This document shows, in pieces, positions 21,454 to 30,060 of a DNA stretch of 64,000 nucleotides. The notes under the pieces are model-generated. The model ran no database searches, was not told the DNA's origin, and saw only the letters and a program-made list of their open reading frames with translations. This DNA is from Acidobacteriota bacterium (GTDB taxonomy: Bacteria > Acidobacteriota > Thermoanaerobaculia > Multivoradales > UBA5704). The stretch spans positions 64,001 through 128,000 of the forward strand of contig JBDTZG010000006.1 of the NCBI GenBank assembly GCA_040005235.1, given 5' to 3'. Every line of letters begins with the position of its first letter. Positions within the stretch are counted from its first letter, which is position 1. Position numbers and translations under genes: made by a program.

Positions 21454-24400
21454 ATGCTCAAATTCCGCACTCTGCCGTTCCTCGCCCTTGTTGGCTTGGC
21501 TTTTGTCGTCGTTTTGCAGCCTGCCGACGCCCAGTGCGTCAGCTTGACCACTCTGGGATCGGCCGTCACCCAGAACTTCGACACCCTGTCGAACACAGCC
21601 GGGAGCACGACCAACAACCTGACCATCACGGGTTGGTTCCTGACCGAGTCGGGGGGCGGTGCGCGCGACAACGAGCAGTATGCGGTCGACAACGGTGGCA
21701 GCGGCACGGGAGACACGTACAGTTACGGAACGACGGCTGCCACCGACCGCGCTCTGGGCAGCCTTCGCTCCGGCACGCTGATCCCGATCTTCGGCTCCTG
21801 TTTCACCAACAACACGGGTGCCACGATTGGCAACCTGGCGATCGCCTATACCGGTGAGGAGTGGCGCCTGGGAACGGCCGCACGGACCGACCAGATCAAT
21901 TTCGAATACAGCACCGATGCGACCGACCTGGTGACCGGCACCTGGACCGGCGTCGCCGCTCTGAACTTCGTCACCCCCGTCACCGCCACGACCGGAGCGA
22001 AAGACGGCAACTTGGCCGCCAACCGGACGGCGCTCTCCAGCACGATCTCCTCCCTTTCGATCGCCAACGGCGCGACCTTCTGGATTCGCTGGATCGATAC
22101 CGACGCGACCGGCGCGGACGACGGCCTGTCGGCCGACGATTTCTCACTCACGCCGACCGGCACGGTGGTGCTGCCCAACCTGACGGTCAACGACGTTTCG
22201 TTGAACGAGGGGAACGCAGGCACGACGAGCTTCACGTTCACCGTCAGCCTGTCAGCCCCGGCCGGCGCGGGGGGCGTGACCTTCGACATCGCGACCGCGG
22301 ACGGCACGGCGACCCAGCCCTCCGATTACACGCAGATGTCGCTCACCGGCCAGACGATCTCGGCGGGCAACTCGACCTATAGCTTCAGCGTCCTGGTCAA
22401 CGGTGATCTCACGCCGGAGACCAACGAGACTTTCTTCGTCAACGTCACCAACGTGACCGGCGCGACCCCCACGGACCCCCAGGGCCAGGGAACAATCGTC
22501 AATGACGATGCGGCACCGAACCTGACAATCAACGATGTCTCCTTGAACGAGGGGAACGCCGGAACGACGAGCTTTATCTTCACCGTCAGTCTGTCCATGC
22601 CGGCGCCGGCCGGTGGCGTGACGTTCGACATCGCGACCGCTAACGGAACGGCAACCCAGCCCTCCGATTACACCCAGAAGTCGCTGCTTGCCCAGACGAT
22701 TCCGGCGGGCAGCTCCACCTACAGCTTCACCGTTCTGGTCAACGGCGATACCACCCCGGAGGTCGACGAGACCTTTTTCGTCAACGTGACCAACGTGACG
22801 AACGCGATCGTCATCGACGGTCAAGGCCAGGGCACGATCGTCAACGACGATCTGAGCTTCATCCACGACGTGCAGGGCGCGGGCGCGGCGACGCCGATTC
22901 CGGGTGCCACGGTCACGGTCGAGGGAGTCGTGGTCGCCAATTTCCAGGGCACGGGCAAGCTGGGAGGGTTCTTTCTGGAGGAGGAAGACACCGACGCCGA
23001 CGCCAATCCGGCGACCTCGGAAGGCATCTTCATCTTCTGCGCCGGCTGCCCGACGGCAGTGGCGGAGGGGCAGCGGGTCAAGACCACCGGAACCGTATCC
23101 GAGTTCTCCGGCATGACCGAGATCACGGCGACCACCGCGGGCTCGGTGGTCATCACCAACGCCGGCAACAATCTCGCGCAGGTCACTCCGGCGTCGATCG
23201 ATCTGCCGATCGTCGGCGTCGTCGACGATTATTACGAGGCGCGCGAAGGGATGAAGGTGACGTTCGTCGACTCGCTCACGGTGTCCGAGTATTTCGAGCT
23301 CGGGCGCTATGGCCAGATCATCCTTTACGAGGGCGGCAGGCCGCGCCAGTTCACCGAGGCCAACGCGCCCAGCGTGGCCGGCAACGCCGCATGGGCCGAC
23401 ACCCTTTCGCGTCGCAAGGTCACCCTCGACGATGAGAACAACGCGCAGGAGTGGTACCTGACGACGTCTAGCCCGCCCGGGCCGGCCGATGGCCTTCAGT
23501 ACGTCTACTATCCGCGCGCCAACGGCGGCTTTTCGGTCGGAACCCAAGGGGTCGACTTCTTCCGCGGCGGCGACCTGGTCAACGGGCTGACTGGCGTCCT
23601 CCATTGGGATTTCCCCGGTCTGGGCGCAAGCACTTGGCGCATTCGGCCTACCAGCGCCAACCCGGCAACCTTCACCGTCGCCAACCCGCGCCCGGCATCG
23701 CCGCCTGCGGAAGGCGGCGCCATCCGGGCTGTCGGAATGAACCTCCTCAACTACTTCACGACCATCGACACCACTTCCAGCAACACAACCGGTCCCTGTT
23801 CCCCGAGCGGTACCCTGGACTGTCGCGGTGCCGACAGCGTCGCCGAGCTCAACCGGCAGCGGGCGCGAGCGGCGATCGTCATTTGCACGCTGAACGCCGA
23901 TGTCTACGGCTTCGCCGAGCTGGAGAACACGACCCCGAGCGCCTCGATCACCGACCTGCTGGGGGCCGTGAACACCCTCTGCGGCGGCACTCATCCGTAC
24001 GCCTTCGCCAATACCGGCGGTACGCTCGGCACCGACGCCATCCGGGTGCAGCAGATCTACCGCACCGGCATCGTGTCGCCGGTCGGCTCGCCCCTCGTCG
24101 ACCTCGACCCGGTCCACAGCCGGCCGCCGACCGCCCAGATTTATGACGTGACCGATGCCACGAACCCGGCTTTCGGTCAGCGCTTCACGGTGATCGTCAG
24201 CCACTTCAAGTCCAAGGGTTCGAGCGCCGGCCTGCCCGGCGATGCCGACGCAGGAGATGGCGCCGGGTTCTCCAACGCCACGCGGACGGCGCAGGCCAAC
24301 CGACTGCTCACCTGGATCTCCGGCACTGTGCTCCCGGCCGCCGGCGACCCGGATGTCCTGCTCCTCGGCGACTTCAACGCCTACGCGAAGGAGGATCCGG

Positions 24401-26619
24401 TCAACGCCCTGATCGCCGGCGGGTATACGGATCTCGAGACGCTCTTCCACGGCGCGAATGCCTACTCGTACCTCTTCGACGGTCAGCTGGGCCATCTCGA
24501 CTACGGTTTTGCGAGCGCCTCTCTGCTGCCGCAAGTCACCGGCGCCGACGCCTGGCACATCAATGCCGACGAGGTGGATCTCTTCGACTACAACGACGAG
24601 ATCCGCGACAGCCCGGGCGAGGCGGCGTTCGAGGAGAAGCCGGACGGCTCGGCCCTCGTTCCGCCGCGGGTCGTGTTTCAGGCCGGCACGCCGTACCGTG
24701 CCTCGGACCACGATCCGGTCCTGGTCGGCCTCTTCCTCGTCGCCGACCTTTCGATCACCAAGACCGATTCGCCCGACCCGGTCACCGCCGGCAACAACCT
24801 GACCTACACGATCACGGTCAACAATAACGGGCCGGACGCCGCCTCGACGGTCTCCTGGTCCGACACCTTGCCGGCGGGGACGACGTTCGTCTCGCAGCCC
24901 GCCGTCGCCGGCTGGTCCTGCACCACACCGTCGGTCGGCGCGGGCGGCACGGTCACCTGCTCGAACCCCTCGTTCGCGGTCGGCAGCGCGATCTTCACCC
25001 TGACGGTGAAGGTCGGGGCGGGCGTCGCCGGAGGAACCGTGCTCTCGAACACGGCGACCATCACCTCGGCGACCGGCGATCCGTCGTCGGGCAACAACAG
25101 CTCCACGACCACCACCACGGTGGCGGCTTCGGCCGATCTGTCGATCACCAAGACCGATGGGGTGACGACCGTCACCCCCGGCGGCAGCACGACGTACACG
25201 ATCACGGCGACCAACGCCGCCGGACCTTCGAGCACGACGGCGACGGTGGCCGACACGTTCCCCGCTGCGCTCACCTGCAACTGGACCTGCGTCGGGGCGG
25301 GCGGTGGAGTTTGCACCGCGGCGGGAGCCGGCAACATCAGCGATGCGGTGACTCTGCCGGTCGGTGGTTCGGTCACCTACACCGCGGCCTGCGCGATTTC
25401 GGCCGCGGCGACCGGCTCGCTCGTCAACACGGCGACGGTCACCAGCGCGTCCGATTCGAACCCGGGCAACAACAGCGCGACCGACACCGACACCCTCCTC
25501 GGCCAGTCCGACATCGCGGTGGCGAAGACCGTCAACAACGCGTCCCCGGGCCTCGGCACGAACGTAATCTTCACGGTCACCGCGATCAACAACGGCCCGT
25601 CGGATGCGAGCGGCGTCAAGGTGAACGACCTGCTTCCGGTAGGCCTGACGTTCGTCTCCGGCGTCGCCTCGTCGGGAAGCTACGTCAACACGACGGGCGT
25701 CTGGACCATCGGCTCGCTCGCCAACGGAGCCACCGCGACCCTCACGCTGACCGCGACGGTCAATCGGGCGCAGACCCAGGTCAACCAGGCCACCTCGACC
25801 GGTCAAGGTGCAGTGGACACCCAGGGCAACAACAACACGGCCACGGTCCGGTTGAACGGCATGCCGCTGATCGACATCCAGGTCGGCCAGACGGTGAACA
25901 ATGGCACTCCCGCGGTGAGCCAGAACGTCGTCTTCACGGTCACGGCCAAGAACCTTGGACCGGCGACCGCGAACGGGGTGATCCTCAACAGCAACCTCCC
26001 GGCGGGCTTGAGCTTCGTCTCCTCCGCGCCGTCGCAGGGCAGCTACACCCCGGGCACCGGAGCTTGGAGCGTCGGTACGCTGGCCTCGGGGGCGACCGCC
26101 ACGCTGTCGCTTACGATGACCAACACGGTGGCGACCCAGCAGGTCCAAACGTTCACCAAAACGTCATCGACCGAGCAGGACCTGGTCACCGGCAACGACG
26201 CGGCGAGCGTGGTGCTCAATCCGTCGGCCGCCTTCGCCGACCTCGCGATCACCAAGATCACCACCCAGGAACCGGTGGGAGTGAGCCTCAACTTCAACTA
26301 CGTGATCGTGGTCACGGACCTGAGCGCGGGGACTGCGACGGGAGTCACCGTGACCGACACCCTGCCGGCAGGAGTCACCCTCGTCTCGGCGGTGCCGAGC
26401 CAGGGAAGCTGCTCCGGTACGACGACCGTCACCTGCACCTTGGGGACGCTCCTCGGAGGAACCAGCGCCACGATCGACATGACGGTGACCAAGATCGTCG
26501 GCGGATCCGTGGCAAACACCGCCTCGGTTTCTGGCGCTCAGAGCGACCCGAACCCGGCCAACAACACCAACGCGGTCACGACCACTCCGGTCACGCTGTT
26601 GGGCTTCGAGGTGGAGTGA
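21454..26619 (+). CDS. ExeM/NucH-family extracellular nuclease with 2 Calx-beta and several DUF11 domains
   Basis: Signal peptide; two NLTxNDVSLNEGNAGTT repeats; IHDVQG OB-fold; EEP motifs NLLNYF, ELEN, SHFKSKG, GDFNAY, LDY, WHINADE, SDHDP; ADLSITKT repeats. Confidence 0.92.
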   Translation: MLKFRTLPFLALVGLAFVVVLQPADAQCVSLTTLGSAVTQNFDTLSNTAGSTTNNLTITGWFLTESGGGARDNEQYAVDNGGSGTGDTYSYGTTAATDRALGSLRSGTLIPIFGSCFTNNTGATIGNLAIAYTGEEWRLGTAARTDQINFEYSTDATDLVTGTWTGVAALNFVTPVTATTGAKDGNLAANRTALSSTISSLSIANGATFWIRWIDTDATGADDGLSADDFSLTPTGTVVLPNLTVNDVSLNEGNAGTTSFTFTVSLSAPAGAGGVTFDIATADGTATQPSDYTQMSLTGQTISAGNSTYSFSVLVNGDLTPETNETFFVNVTNVTGATPTDPQGQGTIVNDDAAPNLTINDVSLNEGNAGTTSFIFTVSLSMPAPAGGVTFDIATANGTATQPSDYTQKSLLAQTIPAGSSTYSFTVLVNGDTTPEVDETFFVNVTNVTNAIVIDGQGQGTIVNDDLSFIHDVQGAGAATPIPGATVTVEGVVVANFQGTGKLGGFFLEEEDTDADANPATSEGIFIFCAGCPTAVAEGQRVKTTGTVSEFSGMTEITATTAGSVVITNAGNNLAQVTPASIDLPIVGVVDDYYEAREGMKVTFVDSLTVSEYFELGRYGQIILYEGGRPRQFTEANAPSVAGNAAWADTLSRRKVTLDDENNAQEWYLTTSSPPGPADGLQYVYYPRANGGFSVGTQGVDFFRGGDLVNGLTGVLHWDFPGLGASTWRIRPTSANPATFTVANPRPASPPAEGGAIRAVGMNLLNYFTTIDTTSSNTTGPCSPSGTLDCRGADSVAELNRQRARAAIVICTLNADVYGFAELENTTPSASITDLLGAVNTLCGGTHPYAFANTGGTLGTDAIRVQQIYRTGIVSPVGSPLVDLDPVHSRPPTAQIYDVTDATNPAFGQRFTVIVSHFKSKGSSAGLPGDADAGDGAGFSNATRTAQANRLLTWISGTVLPAAGDPDVLLLGDFNAYAKEDPVNALIAGGYTDLETLFHGANAYSYLFDGQLGHLDYGFASASLLPQVTGADAWHINADEVDLFDYNDEIRDSPGEAAFEEKPDGSALVPPRVVFQAGTPYRASDHDPVLVGLFLVADLSITKTDSPDPVTAGNNLTYTITVNNNGPDAASTVSWSDTLPAGTTFVSQPAVAGWSCTTPSVGAGGTVTCSNPSFAVGSAIFTLTVKVGAGVAGGTVLSNTATITSATGDPSSGNNSSTTTTTVAASADLSITKTDGVTTVTPGGSTTYTITATNAAGPSSTTATVADTFPAALTCNWTCVGAGGGVCTAAGAGNISDAVTLPVGGSVTYTAACAISAAATGSLVNTATVTSASDSNPGNNSATDTDTLLGQSDIAVAKTVNNASPGLGTNVIFTVTAINNGPSDASGVKVNDLLPVGLTFVSGVASSGSYVNTTGVWTIGSLANGATATLTLTATVNRAQTQVNQATSTGQGAVDTQGNNNTATVRLNGMPLIDIQVGQTVNNGTPAVSQNVVFTVTAKNLGPATANGVILNSNLPAGLSFVSSAPSQGSYTPGTGAWSVGTLASGATATLSLTMTNTVATQQVQTFTKTSSTEQDLVTGNDAASVVLNPSAAFADLAITKITTQEPVGVSLNFNYVIVVTDLSAGTATGVTVTDTLPAGVTLVSAVPSQGSCSGTTTVTCTLGTLLGGTSATIDMTVTKIVGGSVANTASVSGAQSDPNPANNTNAVTTTPVTLLGFEVE

Positions 26620-26630
26620 GCCGGCAGGAG

Positions 26631-26690
26631 TAGAACCAACGCCGTCCATCCAAGGCCGGTTCGCCGCCAGGCGAGCCGGCCTTTTTCGTA
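26631..26690 (+). terminator. Intrinsic terminator / 60-bp repeated element, copy 1
   Basis: aaggccggttcgcc-gcca-ggcgagccggcctt followed by a T tract; 49/60 identical to 27616-27675. Confidence 0.85.
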
Positions 26691-26764
26691 GAGAGAGACT
26701 TGCACCCGGTAGAAACCCGAAAGGCAATTCGTCTATCTCCTGATTCCGAGCTAGAATCTGCTTT

Positions 26765-27283
26765 ATGGCAAACGCCCTCCGTCTCGAAGATTTTCTACCC
26801 GCGACTCTTGAATCCCAAAATGAAACGGGAGAAGAGAAAAGCGACCTGACGGGTACCCAGGGAAGTAGAGCCGGAAACTTTCTGGCGGTACAACTGGAAT
26901 TCCTTCGGGCCGCCCGAAAGCTCCGAGAGTTCGCAGCCGAGTCTAAAGAGGGCGATCAGCGGTTCGAATCCGCGTTACAGCAGATGGTCGCGGAAGCGAC
27001 GGCGAAGGTTGCAAGAGGAGAAGCGCTCGATCTGACAGCCTCCGTTGAGGAACTCCGTACCGTTGAAGCTCGGTTGGAGAGCGCCTTGAAGGAGGCGGTG
27101 TCGACGTTCGGCGAGAATCGCAAATTCCCTCCGGCTGCCCAGATCATTGATGGCCTCAAGCGGAGATGCGAGCAAACGCGAGACGCACGATGGCAACTCC
27201 TGGCCCTTCGGGCAGAGTTCGAATCCGAATCGGGGTCGATGGTCGATAAGGCCGCAGACCTCGAAAAGATTCTCGCCGACTAA
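26765..27283 (+). CDS. Helical hypothetical protein, probable antitoxin
   Basis: 8 bp upstream of the RelE-like gene; acidic C-terminus; TAGAAT 7 nt before ATG. Confidence 0.65.
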   Translation: MANALRLEDFLPATLESQNETGEEKSDLTGTQGSRAGNFLAVQLEFLRAARKLREFAAESKEGDQRFESALQQMVAEATAKVARGEALDLTASVEELRTVEARLESALKEAVSTFGENRKFPPAAQIIDGLKRRCEQTRDARWQLLALRAEFESESGSMVDKAADLEKILAD

Positions 27284-27291
27284 ATTAAGCG

Positions 27292-27561
27292 ATGCCTCGC
27301 ATCAAAGTCGTACCGCGCTTTAAGAAGGCCTACAAGCGCTTGCCGCCGCCCGTCCAGGCAGCGGCTCAAAAAGCGCTGAGGACGCTGATCGACAACCCCC
27401 GGAACCGCGGGCTGAACCTAGAGGCGCTGAGCGGTCGTCCAGGCTCTTACTCGATCCGTGTCAATCGAAACTACCGCATTCTTCTCCAGCGGAAAGAAGA
27501 TCAGGAGGGTGAGTTCTTTTCGGTCGAAGACGTCGACACCCACGACATCTATAACCGGTGA
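27292..27561 (+). CDS. RelE/ParE/HigB superfamily toxin
   Basis: 89 aa; RFKKAYKRLP...NPRNRGLNLEALSG..SYSIRVNRNYRI...VDTHDIY. Confidence 0.85.
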   Translation: MPRIKVVPRFKKAYKRLPPPVQAAAQKALRTLIDNPRNRGLNLEALSGRPGSYSIRVNRNYRILLQRKEDQEGEFFSVEDVDTHDIYNR

Positions 27562-27615
27562 GAGTGGGTCGCCGATCCCTTAGCCGACCGCCTTCTCCGC
27601 CGCCAAAGCGACAGT

Positions 27616-27675
27616 TAGGACGAACGCCATTCATCCAAGGCCGGCGCGTCGCGAGACGCGCCGGCCTTTTTCGTG
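27616..27675 (+). terminator. Intrinsic terminator / 60-bp repeated element, copy 2
   Basis: aaggccggcgcgtc-gcga-gacgcgccggcctt followed by a T tract. Confidence 0.85.
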
Positions 27676-27765
27676 GGTAGGTTTGAGGGTAGTGCTTTTC
27701 CCGGGACCGCCGAGCACCAGCTCGGCGGTTTTGGCGATCTCAGGCGCCTCGGGGGTCGATCTGGT

Positions 27766-30060
27766 TCAGCCGACCACCAGCTCGGCCGCCTCTTCGCTCC
27801 GCGCCATCTGGGCGGCGACTAGGCTCGCGTAGATCCCGTCTTGGGCCACCAGCTCGTCGTGCTGGCCCCGCTCGACCAGCAGGCCGTCGTCCATCACCAG
27901 GATCAGGTCGGCGGCGCGAATCGTCGACAGCCGGTGGGCGACCACGATGCGGGTGCAGTGGAGGGCTTCCAGCTCTTTTTGAATCCGCCGCTCGGTCACC
28001 GAATCGAGCGCGCTCGTCGCTTCGTCGAGCAGCAGGATCGCGGGCTTGCGGACCAGCGCCCGGGCGAGCGCCAAGCGCTGACGTTGGCCGCCCGAAAGCG
28101 AGGCGCCGCCGTCGGCGACCAGCGTTTCGTACCCCATCGCCATCGCCTGAACGTCGGCGTGAATGTGGGCTTTCTCCGCCGCCCGAGCGACGTCGGCGAG
28201 CGACAGGTCGGGATCGGCGAGGGCAATGTTGCCGCGGATCGAGCTGCCGAACAGGTAGGGATGCTGGGGGACCACGCCAATCTGGTTCCGGAGCGAACGG
28301 AACTCCAATTCGGCGAGGTCGAGCCCGTCGTACAGGATGCGCCCGGAGGTCGGCACGTAGAGGCCGACGAGCAGCCCGGCGAGCGTCGATTTGCCCGCGC
28401 CCGACTTTCCGACCAGGGCGACGAATGTGCCGGGGGGGATCTCGACCGAGACGTCCTTCACCACGAACGGCAGCGAAGGCCCGTAGCGGAATGCCACCTG
28501 CTCCAGCCGAATTGCTCCCGACAGGCGCGGCGTGCGCCGGACCTTGGTCAGGTCCTGCTCGGGCGGCGTCTCCATCACGTCGTTGATCCGCTCTAGGTAG
28601 CCGCCGAGCAGCTGGAGCTGGAATGCGGTCGAAACCAACGTCGAGAGCGGGGTGAGGAAGCCGTTTGCGAGTGCGTTCAACGCCAGCATGGTGCCGAGGG
28701 TGAGCTCGCCGTTCAGCACTTGGTGCGCGCCGAACAGCATGATCACAAGCGGCGAGCCGCTCTGAAGAGCGGCGAGCATCGCGTCGACCAGCGCCTGCAA
28801 CCGGCCGCGGGCGAGCGAGACGTTCAGGGTGTCGACGAACAGGTGCGACCAGTGCTCGACCGCCCGCTGCTCGGTGCCGCTCGCCTTGAGCGTCTCGATG
28901 CCTGAGAGCATCTGCACCTGATAGGTCTGCGACGCCGCCTGCGCCTGGAGCGACTCGGACATCAGATCGCCAGTCTTCCGGCGCGCGGCGAAGAAGAGGA
29001 TCAGCCGCAAAACGCCGAGCCCCAGGACCAGCAGTCCCATCGACGGCGACGCGGCGAAGACGAACACGAGATAGAGGACGACCAGCGTGCCGTCGAGTAC
29101 GCCGGACAGAGCGCCCGAGGTGAGGATTTCGCGCACCGTGGCGTTCGAGTTCAGGCGCATCATCAGGTCGCCCGCCGAACGCTGTTGGAAGAACAGGTAG
29201 GGCAGGTTGACCAGGTGGTCGAGGAAATCGAGCGTCATCTGCGCGTCGAGCCGGGTGCGCAACGCGAGTAGCAGGTAGGAGCGCACGAGGGAGGCGAAGT
29301 ACTGGAACAGGACGATCGCGCCGAGCCCGATCGCGAGCAGTTGGAGGAGCGACAGATCCCCCTGCGGCAGGACGCGGTCGACGATCATCCCGGTGAGCAC
29401 GGGCAGAGCGAGCGCGAGCAGTTGGACCAGGACGGAGATCGCGACCACCCGGCCGAGCCAGCCGGACTGGCTGAACAGTTGCCGCAGGTAGCGGCGCACG
29501 CCGGAGGGGCGTTTGTCCGCCGGCTCGAACGCCTCGCCCGGCTCGAACATCAGCGCGACGCCGGTGAACGCGGTGCGCGCCTCTTCGAACGGCACTACGC
29601 GCCGGCCGCCACCGGGATCGACGATCGCCAGGCGATTGCCCGAGAGCAGCCGCTCGAACACGACGAAGTGGTTGAACCGCCAATGCAGGATGCTGCCCGG
29701 ATCGACGAAGCGGAGATCCTCGATCCGCTCGACCTTCACCCCGCGCCCGCGCAGGCCGAACCACTCGCCGCCGCGCAGGATCGATGGGGCCGAGGCTCCC
29801 TCGCGGCCAAAGCCGACGATCTCGCGCACCTCGTCGAGCCGCATATTTTTGCCGTGGTAGCCGAGCACCATGGCCAGGCAGGCGGAGCCGCAATCGGACG
29901 CCGCCGTCTGCTGGACGTAGGGGACGCGCTTCTTTCCGCCGGCCCAGGCGGTGAGGCGGGTGAGCGCCGGGAAGCGGCCGACGAGGCCGCCTTTAGCTCG
30001 CGGAAGAGTTGGTCCGCCGTCAGGAGAGGAATCCTTCGCCGGCTCCACGGGGGCCGCCAT
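27766..30060 (-). CDS. Peptidase-containing ABC transporter (C39 + TMD + NBD)
   Basis: QQTAASDCGSACLAM (catalytic Cys), HWRFNHFVV (His), IVDP (Asp); [27 protein letters not shown]; start overlaps the upstream stop (TGATG). Confidence 0.93.
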   Translation of the reverse strand: MAAPVEPAKDSSPDGGPTLPRAKGGLVGRFPALTRLTAWAGGKKRVPYVQQTAASDCGSACLAMVLGYHGKNMRLDEVREIVGFGREGASAPSILRGGEWFGLRGRGVKVERIEDLRFVDPGSILHWRFNHFVVFERLLSGNRLAIVDPGGGRRVVPFEEARTAFTGVALMFEPGEAFEPADKRPSGVRRYLRQLFSQSGWLGRVVAISVLVQLLALALPVLTGMIVDRVLPQGDLSLLQLLAIGLGAIVLFQYFASLVRSYLLLALRTRLDAQMTLDFLDHLVNLPYLFFQQRSAGDLMMRLNSNATVREILTSGALSGVLDGTLVVLYLVFVFAASPSMGLLVLGLGVLRLILFFAARRKTGDLMSESLQAQAASQTYQVQMLSGIETLKASGTEQRAVEHWSHLFVDTLNVSLARGRLQALVDAMLAALQSGSPLVIMLFGAHQVLNGELTLGTMLALNALANGFLTPLSTLVSTAFQLQLLGGYLERINDVMETPPEQDLTKVRRTPRLSGAIRLEQVAFRYGPSLPFVVKDVSVEIPPGTFVALVGKSGAGKSTLAGLLVGLYVPTSGRILYDGLDLAELEFRSLRNQIGVVPQHPYLFGSSIRGNIALADPDLSLADVARAAEKAHIHADVQAMAMGYETLVADGGASLSGGQRQRLALARALVRKPAILLLDEATSALDSVTERRIQKELEALHCTRIVVAHRLSTIRAADLILVMDDGLLVERGQHDELVAQDGIYASLVAAQMARSEEAAELVVG

